52,166 nucleotides of DNA from Candidatus Limnocylindrales bacterium (GTDB taxonomy: Bacteria; Moduliflexota; Moduliflexia; Moduliflexales; JAUQPW01). Position 1 is the first letter of the stretch. Each line of letters begins with the position of its first letter. The stretch lies in the NCBI GenBank assembly GCA_035559535.1, contig DATMBG010000011.1, forward strand, positions 1 to 52,166. The letters run 5' to 3'. The notes beneath the pieces are model-generated. The model saw only the letters and a program-made list of their open reading frames with translations, was not told where the DNA came from and searched no databases. Shown here one piece after another: positions 39,546 to 49,550 of this stretch. The translations under genes were made by a program, and so were the position numbers.

Positions 39546-40520
39546 CTAAGCCCTTTGTACTTCGCCTGTTTTATCCAGTATTTTCGTCAGGGACTCTGCA
39601 AGTCCAGAAAGTCCCCGGGGGGCATAAAGAACCAGCAGGATAAAGATAGCTCCCTGGATTACGGCCCACCTTTCGGTAAGGGTGCTGAGAAGATCGTTGA
39701 TGTAAATCAGAAAACAGGCTCCCAGGATAGGACCGACGAACGTTCCTCCTCCTCCAATAAAGGTCATCATCAGGACCTCGGCAGATTTATCTAAGTTAAT
39801 AAACGAAGTAGACACAAATTCCTGAAAGGATGAAGCTAAAGCTCCTGCAATTCCGGCGAAAAACGTCGAGATAACATAAATGATCAACCTGGAAAGGTAG
39901 GTATTATAACCGATAAACCCGGCACGTTCTTCATTCTCTCGCATACAGAGGTTTAGACGGCCTAGAGGGGTCTTGGTGAAGTACCAGCACCCGAAGATAG
40001 AGAGGAGTACCGTAATCAGAACAAAGTAGTACCAGTGGACCGTGCTGAACATTTCCACCTCTCCAATTCCCGGGATATACATATCGGGTCGACTGGCCGT
40101 CAAACCATCTTCTCCGCCGGTGACCGATCGCCATTTTTCGGCTACAGCGTAGATAAACTGATTAAAAGCCAGGGTCAGAAGGCCAAAGGAAACCCCTCCG
40201 AGTCGAACTACGAAAATCCCGAACACGAGTCCCAGAAGCCCTCCAAGCATACCACCGGATAAAATACCTCCTATAAGGGGCATCTTAACGTGTTTAAAGA
40301 GAAAAAGTGTGGCGTAGGCCCCCATCCCGAAATAAGCCGCGTGGCCGAATGAAAGTAACCCGGCCTGCCCAAACAGAATATTGTAGCTTACGGCAAACAG
40401 GGCATAGATGGCCATTCTGATAATCAGATTGAGTTTATATTCTGAAATGAGAGTCGGCATGAAAACAAGAATAACCAGAACGATCAAAACACTGAGTTGG
40501 TAGAGGATTTTTCTGTTCAT
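39546..40520 (-). CDS. livM: HAAT ABC transporter permease (LivM type)
   Basis: LLSFGHAAYFG, LTLAF, TGGEDG, RENE. Confidence 0.9.
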   Translation of the reverse strand: MNRKILYQLSVLIVLVILVFMPTLISEYKLNLIIRMAIYALFAVSYNILFGQAGLLSFGHAAYFGMGAYATLFLFKHVKMPLIGGILSGGMLGGLLGLVFGIFVVRLGGVSFGLLTLAFNQFIYAVAEKWRSVTGGEDGLTASRPDMYIPGIGEVEMFSTVHWYYFVLITVLLSIFGCWYFTKTPLGRLNLCMRENEERAGFIGYNTYLSRLIIYVISTFFAGIAGALASSFQEFVSTSFINLDKSAEVLMMTFIGGGGTFVGPILGACFLIYINDLLSTLTERWAVIQGAIFILLVLYAPRGLSGLAESLTKILDKTGEVQRA

Positions 40521-41389
40521 TATCCTTTCTCTCCCAATAATCCTTCGGGTTTGATGATCAAAATCACGGCCATCAACAAGAATTCAAAGACAATGGCCAG
40601 TTCTGGAATGAATAAAACTCCCAAGGATTGAAGCTCTCCGACCAAAAACGAGGCCAGTAGGGCACCTTGAATGGAGCCGAGACCTCCTGCAACGATAACG
40701 ACAAACAGATCTACAATAATGGTGGCAGCCATACCTGGGTGGGTGATCAGGTAAGGACCTCCGATAACTCCGGCCAAACCGGCCAGGGCTGCACCGACAC
40801 CGAAAAGAACTGTAAAGACTAGGGGAACATTGATCCCCAGGGCATTAACCATATCCCTGTTAGATACGGCAGCCAGAACGATAATTCCTGCTCGGGTTTT
40901 AAAGAGAATCATAAACAGGATGGCAAAAACGACCAGCGAGGTTGCCAGAATAAAGAGACGGTAAGTCGGGTAGGAGATACCCAGAAAATGGACGGAGCCG
41001 GATAAGATGGCCGGAATTTCTACAAACAACGGCTCATTTCCCCAGATCCACTTAACCAGTTCTTCAATGATAAAAGCAACTCCGAAGGTAAGCAGCAATT
41101 GATGGGCATGGCCGTAGGTATGGATTTTTCTAAGCAGGAACCTTTCGATTAAGATTCCAATACCCCCTACCAGGATCGGAGCCAGGAGTAGACTGAGCCA
41201 GAAATTTCCGGTTGCTTGAAGGATTGTAAACGAAAAATAGGCTCCCAACATGTAGAGAGTTCCATGGGCAAAATTAAGTACGCCCATCATTCCAAAGATT
41301 AAGGTGAGTCCGGAGGCAACCAGAAATAAAAGCATTCCATAGACCAGGCCATGGAGTAGTTGAACCGGTAAGGCAGAAAGTATTTCCAT
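40520..41389 (-). CDS. livH: HAAT ABC transporter permease (LivH type)
   Basis: GLTLIFG, NFAHG, GGLGS, KPEGL; ATG 41389 preferred start. Confidence 0.9.
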   Translation of the reverse strand: MEILSALPVQLLHGLVYGMLLFLVASGLTLIFGMMGVLNFAHGTLYMLGAYFSFTILQATGNFWLSLLLAPILVGGIGILIERFLLRKIHTYGHAHQLLLTFGVAFIIEELVKWIWGNEPLFVEIPAILSGSVHFLGISYPTYRLFILATSLVVFAILFMILFKTRAGIIVLAAVSNRDMVNALGINVPLVFTVLFGVGAALAGLAGVIGGPYLITHPGMAATIIVDLFVVIVAGGLGSIQGALLASFLVGELQSLGVLFIPELAIVFEFLLMAVILIIKPEGLLGEKG

Positions 41390-41393
41390 AGGG

Positions 41394-42158
41394 TTATTCC
41401 CCAAGATAAGCGGCGACCACGCCTGGATCGTGGACCACTTCTTTGGGAGTTCCTTCAGCTATCTTTTCTCCATGGTGGAGAACCACCACCCGATCTGAAA
41501 GTTCCATAATAGCCTTCATGATATGTTCGATCAGGCAAATGGTAATTCCTCTCTCCCGGATTTGTCGGATCAGGAACATGGTGGAAGAGATTTCCGATGG
41601 TGTAAGACCGGCCATGACTTCATCCAGTAACAGAAGTTGTGGATGAGTACCTAAGGCCCTGGCAATTTCCAGACGTTTTCGTTCCATTATGGTTAGATTC
41701 CTGGCTAAAGTATGGGCTTTGTGGGAAAGCCCAAGAAAGTCCAGAAGTTCTAAGGCTTCCTGTTCCGCATCCTTTTTTCTTCCCCCTCCTGTTTTTTCCT
41801 CTTTTCCTTCTGCTCCATACCGGGTGGACCGCTTAGCCTGTCCAAAGTAGATCCCAACCAAAACATTTTGAAGAGCCGTCAGCGAAGGAAAAGGTCTAAC
41901 CAGTTGATAGGTTCGGCTAATTCCCAGGTGGCAAATCTGATGGGGTTTGAGTCCGGATATAGGGATTTCCCTAAACAGGATTGTTCCCGAGCTCGGAGTG
42001 TAGACGCCGGTAATTACATTAAAGAGCGTGGTCTTTCCGGCTCCATTGGGGCCGATCAAGCCTAAAATCTCTCCAGGCTTAATGAAGAAATCGACTTTAT
42101 TTAAAGCGACCAGTCCTCCAAACCGTTTGGTAATCTGGTGGCCTTCCAATAAGTACAC
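41394..42158 (-). CDS. Second LivG-type ABC ATP-binding protein
   Basis: KRFGGLVAL, GPNGAGKT, RTYQ, LDEVMAG, IEH, AYLG. Confidence 0.9.
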   Translation of the reverse strand: MYLLEGHQITKRFGGLVALNKVDFFIKPGEILGLIGPNGAGKTTLFNVITGVYTPSSGTILFREIPISGLKPHQICHLGISRTYQLVRPFPSLTALQNVLVGIYFGQAKRSTRYGAEGKEEKTGGGRKKDAEQEALELLDFLGLSHKAHTLARNLTIMERKRLEIARALGTHPQLLLLDEVMAGLTPSEISSTMFLIRQIRERGITICLIEHIMKAIMELSDRVVVLHHGEKIAEGTPKEVVHDPGVVAAYLGE

Positions 42159-42244
42159 TTCTTTAACGCAAAGGGCAGGAAGCTCCCCCTAAAGGGTAAG
42201 GGACAAGAAGCCAGGAGTAAAAAGCAAGGAATTTACTTTCTGGG

Positions 42245-42283
42245 CCTTGCTTCCTGCTTCTTGCTTCTTGTTTCCTGTTTCTG
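42245..42283. repeat. 7-mer tandem repeat (CTTGCTT/CCTGTTT)
   Basis: cttgcttcctgcttcttgcttcttgtttcctgtttctg. Confidence 0.7.
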
Positions 42284-43072
42284 TTATTTTCCTTGAAATT
42301 GCGCTTTTCGTTTCTCCACAAAGGCCGTAATGCCCTCTTTGAAATCCATTGTTTTTCCGGCCATGGCAATAAATTGAGCTTCATTTTCCATCTGAGTTTC
42401 TAAAGAAGCATGCTCACTGAGGTAGAGAAGGCGCTTGGTGTGTCCTAAAGCCCAGGTAGGGCCTTGAGCCAGTTGTCCGGCCAGAGTCTCCACGGCGGCT
42501 TTAAAGTCTGATTCAGAGACCACCTGATTGATAAGTCCCCACTCGAGGGCTTCTTTGGCCGTTAGCACACGATTGGTATACACCAATTCCATGGCCCGTT
42601 TCAATCCCACCAGTCTGGGAAGAAAATAAGTAGAACTCCCATCCGGGGTAGCCGCAATGCCGGTATAGGCCATGGTAAACCTGGCCGTTTCAACGGCAAC
42701 AGCCATGTCACAAGCCATAGCCAGGCTCATCCCGGCACCCGCTGCAACCCCGTTGACCGCTGCAATCACAGGTTTTGGCATCCGGGTAATCTCGGAAAGA
42801 GCCGTATGAAAATAGAGAATAAGTTGTTTAAGAAAAATGGAAATAGAATCCAGATTATCTTTAAAACTCTTCACATCTCCACCGGCACAAAATGCTTTTC
42901 CGGCCCCCGTAATAACTACCGTCCGGATACCTGGATCTTCGCCACAGTGTAAGATAGCCTCCAGAAATTCCTTTCCTAAAGTATTATTTAAGGCATTATA
43001 ACTTTCCGGCCGATTGAGAGTAATGGTTGCAACCGGTCCTTTCTTGTCCAGAATCAAGGTTTCATAGTTCAT
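42284..43072 (-). CDS. Enoyl-CoA hydratase/isomerase family protein (PaaG-like)
   Basis: LNRP, AFCAGGD, AVNGVAAGAG, PDG, AFVEKR; ATG 43072 best fits the RBS. Confidence 0.93.
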   Translation of the reverse strand: MNYETLILDKKGPVATITLNRPESYNALNNTLGKEFLEAILHCGEDPGIRTVVITGAGKAFCAGGDVKSFKDNLDSISIFLKQLILYFHTALSEITRMPKPVIAAVNGVAAGAGMSLAMACDMAVAVETARFTMAYTGIAATPDGSSTYFLPRLVGLKRAMELVYTNRVLTAKEALEWGLINQVVSESDFKAAVETLAGQLAQGPTWALGHTKRLLYLSEHASLETQMENEAQFIAMAGKTMDFKEGITAFVEKRKAQFQGK

Positions 43073-43405
43073 AGCAGTCACTCCTCCCTATGGAGGTTGA
43101 TATATCTCACAAGTTAAATCCGGTCAATAATTTTTAATAATTTTTATATTGAGAGAACGTTCGAATCCCTGTGGAAATTTAGCAAGCCTTTTTAACTCAG
43201 TATCTTAGCAAAAAATCAATAAATCTCTTTAAAAAAACCTTGGATTTCTTATAGACCGGATTTTTTCTCAGTTTCTCCAGCCGGTTTCCCTGTGACTGGT
43301 AAGCCGTTATCCCGTTAAAAACGATAACATTACTTGGTAAAGTAAATTTTGTGCCCCTCTCCGCCTTCACCCCCGGCCTCCATATGCGCCAGGATAAGCA
43401 GAGAA

Positions 43406-43526
43406 GAACACCTCCTTAGCCCCCCTCCAGGGGGGACTTAAAGGGGAATGGCTCCTGACCGAAGTCCCCCCTGGAGGGGGGCTAAGGAGGTGTTTCTTTT
43501 TCCACCTACTAAATGGATACGGATAC
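43406..43526. mobile_element. Second (left-truncated) copy of the MITE family
   Basis: Same palindromic core and right end tttctttttccacctactaaatggatacggatac; no clear left TIR or TSD. Confidence 0.8.
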
Positions 43527-43569
43527 TTAAAATTTTCGCCGGGGTATCCGAGGATTTCTTATTTGGGAG

Positions 43570-44457
43570 TCAGGATTGTGGAAAAGTTCTTTTAACCGTG
43601 CCAATGGGATCTTCGAGGAGGGGAATAGGGATAAATATCGTCGAACGAGAGCGGGCCACCTGAGCTATCGACTGAAAACGATCTTGAGCTTTCTGTCGTC
43701 TGCGATCCGTGTCACCTTCTTTTCGTAAATCATCCTGGTGGAATACCCGGGTGTCTGGGTCTATAAAGGTTACCCCATAGCTTTGAGGGGAAAATCCCTT
43801 CCATTCATCCAATCCACAGAGAATGGCACGGATATTTCTCTTAGGCATATTCAGGCGTCTTAAAGACTCCATTTCTCGATCCCACGGTGTGGTAAAGTCA
43901 GAAATTCCAATCACCAACGTATCTCGGAGCCGGAAAGGGGCCAGAAGACCGAACATATCTAAATTCTTCTTGGGTGGAAAAGCACGTACCCGTTGTTGAG
44001 ACAAAGCCCGAAGAAACATCTTAAAGTGTTCCTCCGACATATTCCACCCTGAATCGTAGGACCATTTTGGATGAAAACAGATGAGGCGAAAAGGATCCTG
44101 GTTTTCAAAAGCGGAGAGCGCAAACAGCCAGAGGAGTTCTGTGGCGTATTCCTGCTTTCGGATCGGAGCCGCCATAGAGGGTCTGGTATCCAAAATGCAA
44201 ATCACACGGATGGTTTTTTCCGCATAATAGGTCCGCACCCAGGGCTCAAGATCCGGCATATTCGAGATCCTCTCGGATACAGAATCATCAATATGGAGGG
44301 GATTATCAGAACTTCTATAGGGGCGAAATCCCTTAAAATCCAATCCTTTTCCACTTATAAGGCTATTATGCACACCGGTATATACCGAAGTCATAACCTT
44401 TCGAATTTTAAGTGGAAGGCGTCCGACAGGTTTTACAACGGGTATAGAGAGGGTCAT
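43570..44457 (-). CDS. DUF58 domain protein (divergent)
   Basis: GVHNS..GKGLDFKGFRPY..SD..HID, LDTRPSM, ISDF; directly after moxR. Confidence 0.82.
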   Translation of the reverse strand: MTLSIPVVKPVGRLPLKIRKVMTSVYTGVHNSLISGKGLDFKGFRPYRSSDNPLHIDDSVSERISNMPDLEPWVRTYYAEKTIRVICILDTRPSMAAPIRKQEYATELLWLFALSAFENQDPFRLICFHPKWSYDSGWNMSEEHFKMFLRALSQQRVRAFPPKKNLDMFGLLAPFRLRDTLVIGISDFTTPWDREMESLRRLNMPKRNIRAILCGLDEWKGFSPQSYGVTFIDPDTRVFHQDDLRKEGDTDRRRQKAQDRFQSIAQVARSRSTIFIPIPLLEDPIGTVKRTFPQS

Positions 44458-44459
44458 AC

Positions 44460-45719
44460 CTACCAGGCCTCCTCAATCAGAGTTTGCAAAATGATATCCG
44501 CTGTAATGCTGGAGTTGATTTTATCAAACCGGGCCAGTGTTTTCTTAAGAATTTTTCGCAAAGGCTCAGGCAGGTCCTCGGGATCTGTTTTCATCAATTC
44601 CTCAGAGAAAAATTCAAGCACGGAGGGCGCAAAAACTATGCGATGCCTAAAGACCGGTAGCAGAACTTCCTTTACGTCTTCCGGCAAAACATAGTTTCGA
44701 TAGTGTCTAAAGGCGTGGACCTTTGCCGCCCCTTCCCAATGGGTTGCCCCTCGGGCGGAAATTCCACATAGGATAATAGGAGCTTGAAATTTTTCATGGA
44801 ACCACCGAAGGTAATTAACCGGGTTATGGGAAATGGTAATAAATCGACCCATGGCCTGACGGATCAACTTACTGACATAAACGTTTTGATGGATGAACCT
44901 GCGAATCTCGTCGACCAGTTTTACATCGCATACCTGCTTGAGCTCAAAATCTACAAAACTACTGGTTCGTTCTAAAATCTCTGCATATTCCTCCGCTGTA
45001 AAGGGCCTGCCAATAATCTTAAACATGGTTCGATCCAAAAGCGGCGGGGGAATTCGATAGGTCCCTTCGGCTTCAATCCAGTTCATGGTCATAATGGCAA
45101 AGGGCCTGGTGGAATAGGTCACACCCCGGGAAGTAACTTTCCCTTCACCCAACAATTCCAAAAGAGCTCCACCCAAAAAACTAGGAGTATTTCGGTTTAT
45201 TTCATCCAGAAGCAGGAAATCTGCAAAAGCGGCCCCGGGGACAAACCGGAAATAGCGCTTGTCGTTTTCATCCACATCCACCACCCAGCCTCCGATTAAA
45301 TCTGCCGGTACGTTGTCGTTGGCACCCTGAAACCGTTCCCACTTGCCTCCAAGCACCTTCGAGGGGATGGTAGCCAGCAGGGTTTTTCCCTTACCTGGGT
45401 CATCCTCGTACAGCACATGACCGCGTCCCAAATGACCCAGATCCCGATCTCCCACGGCAAAAAGCCCCAGGGTGGTATACTTGATCAGGTCATCCTGGGC
45501 TACAAGGACACGTCTAAAGGAAGATTCCACAGGCCATATAACTTTAGAAACGTACCAAAACTGTTTTTCCGAGCAGGGAAGCTTACCCTGTTTTATACCT
45601 TCTTCCAGGTAAGGATCAGGACCAAAGTCAGGATCAAAATCTACCTCATAATCTAAATCTATAAGCTTAGACCTATCGAAATTTGGATCCAGGTATTCAT
45701 AACTATCTCGAAGACTCAT
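44460..45719 (-). CDS. MoxR family AAA+ ATPase (divergent)
   Basis: GHVLYEDDPGKGKT, PADLIG, LLLDEINR, EGTY, LDR, VLPEDVKE, FRHRI. Confidence 0.88.
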   Translation of the reverse strand: MSLRDSYEYLDPNFDRSKLIDLDYEVDFDPDFGPDPYLEEGIKQGKLPCSEKQFWYVSKVIWPVESSFRRVLVAQDDLIKYTTLGLFAVGDRDLGHLGRGHVLYEDDPGKGKTLLATIPSKVLGGKWERFQGANDNVPADLIGGWVVDVDENDKRYFRFVPGAAFADFLLLDEINRNTPSFLGGALLELLGEGKVTSRGVTYSTRPFAIMTMNWIEAEGTYRIPPPLLDRTMFKIIGRPFTAEEYAEILERTSSFVDFELKQVCDVKLVDEIRRFIHQNVYVSKLIRQAMGRFITISHNPVNYLRWFHEKFQAPIILCGISARGATHWEGAAKVHAFRHYRNYVLPEDVKEVLLPVFRHRIVFAPSVLEFFSEELMKTDPEDLPEPLRKILKKTLARFDKINSSITADIILQTLIEEAW

Positions 45720-45935
45720 CGTCGACCTCTCTTCAGATTAGATTTAAAGATTTAATGTAATAAGCTATACAGGTGCTTTATTTTTTTAAGAATTACAGAT
45801 ATTTTTATATCTTTTTATCAAGGGTGTCAATAAAATAAGAAAAGAATGAGGGTTCGGTAAAATAATCCATAAATTGAACCCACAGGTTATTTAGCTATTG
45901 ACTTCCTGTCTGGTTGATGCTTTAAATATTTTTCT

Positions 45936-47831
45936 ATGATGACAGAAACTTCTTATAAAACGATGACCTTACCAAAGGAAAAAACAAGGTTTTTGGATAC
46001 CTTCCATCTCCTTTTTCTGGGAATCCTCGGGTTTGCTTTGTTTCTGAGGTTATTCCAGTTGGGTGAAAAACCCTATCACCATGATGAAAGTCTCTATGCC
46101 ACCTATTCCTGGAACCTTTATACAGGTAGGGGATACCAATACTTTCCTATGCTGCATGGGCCTTTTCTGTTTCATATCAATACCCTGTTCTTTTTCCTGT
46201 TTGGGGTCAGTAATTTTACCGCCCGGTTATCGGTAGCCCTTTTTGGAACGGCCCTGGTTGGACTGACTTATTATTTAAAGGAACAGCTTGGGGAAAAGGG
46301 GGTTCTGGCTGCCGCAACGTTTCTGGCCCTGTCTCCTATTAATCTTTATTTTAGCAGATTTTTAGCCCATGACAGCTACGTGGCTGTATTCACCCTGCTT
46401 CCGGTTATTTTTTTTATTAAATACCTTAAAGATCTGAATAACAGATCTTATCTGTATGGTCTTGCGATCTCTCTGGCCTTCCTGTTTACCATTAAATTGA
46501 CGGCCTATATTCATACCTTTATTTTTGTCACGTTTGGCGTGGTCTATGAGTTTGTAATTCGTCGCCGGCAGTTCGTTGTAAAAAATAAGAAGGACCTTTC
46601 CTCAGGCAAGGGGAAGAAATCCCGAACCCCGAATGATGGTCAGTTGTTTACGGCTGACAGGTCTTTTCTAAGAGAAGCTCAAAACTTTCTACGGGAGCAC
46701 AAATTCCCCCTCCTCCTTGCATCCTTCATGTTTATAGGTATATACATTACGCTCTATACCACCTTCTTCACCAACCCCAGGGGAGTCTGGGATAGTATTT
46801 TTACCACCTTTCAATATTGGATCGAACAGAATCGAATTCAACGAATCCGGGGGGCCTTTACGTATTATCTCCCGTTTTTAGTCCTCTATGAACTCCCGGT
46901 AATTCTGGTTGTTGGATTAGGACTTTTCACCAAACTTTCTAAAACAGCGTATACCCGAGAGATTTTTATCGGGGCAACCCTGACAACTGGAGTCCTGATG
47001 TATACTTTCTGGAATAGTCTTCTTCCCAAGGAGTTGAGTCTTTTCGGGCAGGTTTTTCAGGTAAATCATCTGACCCATATGGATACCTTCGCAGATGTTG
47101 TTTATGCCCTTTATTTGATTTTTCTAGGGGGGTGGGGAGTCTTTCATTTCCTTGGCCAAAAGGAGGTTTTCACTGCCTTTCTTCTTTACTGGTCCGTTAT
47201 GGCCCTTTTGATTTACTCCTATGCCGGGGAGAAAATACCCTGGTTATCCGTTCACGTAGCTCTTCCCCTTATACTTTTAGCCGGAAAGTTTATGGGAGAA
47301 TTTTTAAACTCTCCTTTCTTTCAACGTCATTTAAAGTATTTTCTGATTTGTATACTCCTTGCTCTGGCCTTTACCCTGCACACCACCATCCATGCGAATT
47401 TTTATTACAACGCCAATCCTATAGAACGCCTGGTTTATACCCATACCTCACCGGAAGTGGTGAAAATGGTTGATAAAATCGAAGAGGTAAGCTTCAAATT
47501 CGGTAAAGGAAAGGATACCCCTTTAGCCGTTCAAGGGATTGCCGTCTGGCCCCTGAGTTGGTATTTGCGGGAATATCGAAACTGGTACTATCCGGGGGAT
47601 ATCAAGACGGCTCTGGATCGGCCTGTTATTATTATAGATTGGGTTTCCCGCGAACAGTACAAGGAGTTACTTCAAGACTATTTTGAAATCCACGTGAAAC
47701 TAAGGGAGTGGTGGATTCCAGGTGAGAATCCTACCTGGCGGCAATTATGGAACTATTTCCTTTTTCGAGAGGTTTATAATCCTACCGGTTCAGAAGACAT
47801 TGCGTTTTATGTGAAAAAAGAATTTATGTGA
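45936..47831 (+). CDS. GT-C (PMT/ArnT-like) membrane glycosyltransferase, TIGR03663/Agl23-like
   Basis: HHDESLYA, PMLHGP, YFSRF, EKIPWL, WPLSWYLR; many TM helices. Confidence 0.85.
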   Translation: MMTETSYKTMTLPKEKTRFLDTFHLLFLGILGFALFLRLFQLGEKPYHHDESLYATYSWNLYTGRGYQYFPMLHGPFLFHINTLFFFLFGVSNFTARLSVALFGTALVGLTYYLKEQLGEKGVLAAATFLALSPINLYFSRFLAHDSYVAVFTLLPVIFFIKYLKDLNNRSYLYGLAISLAFLFTIKLTAYIHTFIFVTFGVVYEFVIRRRQFVVKNKKDLSSGKGKKSRTPNDGQLFTADRSFLREAQNFLREHKFPLLLASFMFIGIYITLYTTFFTNPRGVWDSIFTTFQYWIEQNRIQRIRGAFTYYLPFLVLYELPVILVVGLGLFTKLSKTAYTREIFIGATLTTGVLMYTFWNSLLPKELSLFGQVFQVNHLTHMDTFADVVYALYLIFLGGWGVFHFLGQKEVFTAFLLYWSVMALLIYSYAGEKIPWLSVHVALPLILLAGKFMGEFLNSPFFQRHLKYFLICILLALAFTLHTTIHANFYYNANPIERLVYTHTSPEVVKMVDKIEEVSFKFGKGKDTPLAVQGIAVWPLSWYLREYRNWYYPGDIKTALDRPVIIIDWVSREQYKELLQDYFEIHVKLREWWIPGENPTWRQLWNYFLFREVYNPTGSEDIAFYVKKEFM

Positions 47832-47902
47832 ATCTACACCCGGGAGTTAGAATTCAGAAGTCCTGGGGCATCCGACTCCTGGTTTCTGACTCCTGTAAAA
47901 AT

Positions 47903-48655
47903 ATGGGAAAACTCGACGGGAAAGTAGCCATTGTAACCGGAGCAGCCGGTGGAATCGGTCAGGCTATCTGTCAGACTTTAGCCCGGGAAGGGGCTGCTGT
48001 GGTAGCTTCAGACATTGACCTTCCCAGATGTCAGAAACTGGTTCAAGAAATAGAGAAATCAGGTGGACAGGCTATGGCGATTCAGACCGATGTAACGAAC
48101 AAAACCGATATAAGGGGCATGGTAGACACCGTTATGCAAAAATGGGGTCGGATCGATATTTTGGTGAATAATGCCGGCATTATTTCCTTTGGACCGGTTG
48201 CTGAATTGGCTGAGGAAGAGTGGGACCGGGTACTTCGGATCAATTTGAAGAGCGTGTTTCTCTGCTCTCAAGCGGTGATGGGTGCCATGAAAAAGCAAAA
48301 GAGCGGTAAAATTGTCAACATGGGTTCTCTGGCCGGAAAAGTCGGAGGAATAGTCGTTTCATCGGCCTATGCCGCCTCAAAGGCAGGGGTCATGTGCCTG
48401 ACCCTCTCCCTAGCCAAGGAACTGGCTCCCTTCAATATTAACGTAAATGCCCTAGCTCCCGGCCCGGTCGATACCGATATGACCCGAGCTTTCCCCCCAG
48501 GCGCACTGGATCAAACCATCAATCAGACACCGCTTAAACGGCAGGCAACCCCCCAAGATATTGCCAATGTAGTTCTTTTTCTTGTGACGGAAGATTCACG
48601 ACATATTACCGGAGAGGTCATCGATGTAAACGGTGGGATCTTGATGGATATTTAG
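47903..48655 (+). CDS. SDR family oxidoreductase (FabG-like)
   Basis: TGAAGGIG, NNAG, YAASK, PG, VNGG; start at MGKLDGK. Confidence 0.93.
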   Translation: MGKLDGKVAIVTGAAGGIGQAICQTLAREGAAVVASDIDLPRCQKLVQEIEKSGGQAMAIQTDVTNKTDIRGMVDTVMQKWGRIDILVNNAGIISFGPVAELAEEEWDRVLRINLKSVFLCSQAVMGAMKKQKSGKIVNMGSLAGKVGGIVVSSAYAASKAGVMCLTLSLAKELAPFNINVNALAPGPVDTDMTRAFPPGALDQTINQTPLKRQATPQDIANVVLFLVTEDSRHITGEVIDVNGGILMDI

Positions 48656-48664
48656 GATCGAGGG

Positions 48665-49243
48665 TCAGGGTCCGGATTGGGGTTTAAGGGTTTTTAACAA
48701 CTCCTCTATATTTCCGAGAACAAGAGTTTCGAGCCTTGGAATATGGATAACCACGGGTTGAGGGGGAATAGCCAGGGCTGCAGTTCCCAAGGCAGTAACA
48801 TCAACTCCTTTTTCTTTTAGTAAGCCAACAGCCGGGTTATTGGTCCCCTCCAACAAGGCTGCCAACATATGTTGGGTCAGGATGGCCGAAGCGTTTGCCG
48901 CCAGTTCGTTGGCCCGAGCAAAAACGGCTTTACTGGCGGGTGAACGACTTATCGTCCTTCGATCCTGAACCGAAAAGCTGCCTTTTCCAATCCGGGTACG
49001 CAGTTCACGACGGAAGGGGATCGGATCTATGTTAAACCGGGCGAATAATTCAGCAAGTATTGTCCACTCCCTGTGTAACTCCGCCGCTATCGGATCCGGT
49101 AGTTGTAATTGCGTGAACATCTTATCCAGGCTGCATAACCCCATAAAGAGATGGGCCGGGGCAATGAGAGCGTGATGGCCATACAAAGCCTCAGCCGCAG
49201 CAATTTGCCAGGTAAAATACAAACCGATAGAAATGTCCGGCAT
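48665..49243 (-). CDS. Stand-alone Clp N-terminal (Clp-R) domain protein
   Basis: IAAAEA..IAPAHLFMGL and VFARANELA..LTQHMLAALL repeats; no Walker motifs; GAGAGGA RBS. Confidence 0.75.
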   Translation of the reverse strand: MPDISIGLYFTWQIAAAEALYGHHALIAPAHLFMGLCSLDKMFTQLQLPDPIAAELHREWTILAELFARFNIDPIPFRRELRTRIGKGSFSVQDRRTISRSPASKAVFARANELAANASAILTQHMLAALLEGTNNPAVGLLKEKGVDVTALGTAALAIPPQPVVIHIPRLETLVLGNIEELLKTLKPQSGP

Positions 49244-49550
49244 AGGTCCTCTCGTAATCTATAAATTTTGAGAACTACAGGATTACGTTTTATCCAGGAT
49301 GCGTAATTCGCCGAATTTACCCATCCTTAAGAAAGACAAAGTTCTTCATTCAACCCCAACCTTATCCGAAAACTTCTGTAATGTCTATACTAAAATACGT
49401 TCTTTTTAAAAGCAACTTGATTTTTGATCATCCGGTCGCTTGACAAGAGTTAACCGAAACAATAGGTTAATCAAGAAGGTATCTTTTACAACTTGTCAAG
49501 TTTTTTCGTTGATATTCCTTTAACCCTCGACAGATAACGAACAATTCAAG

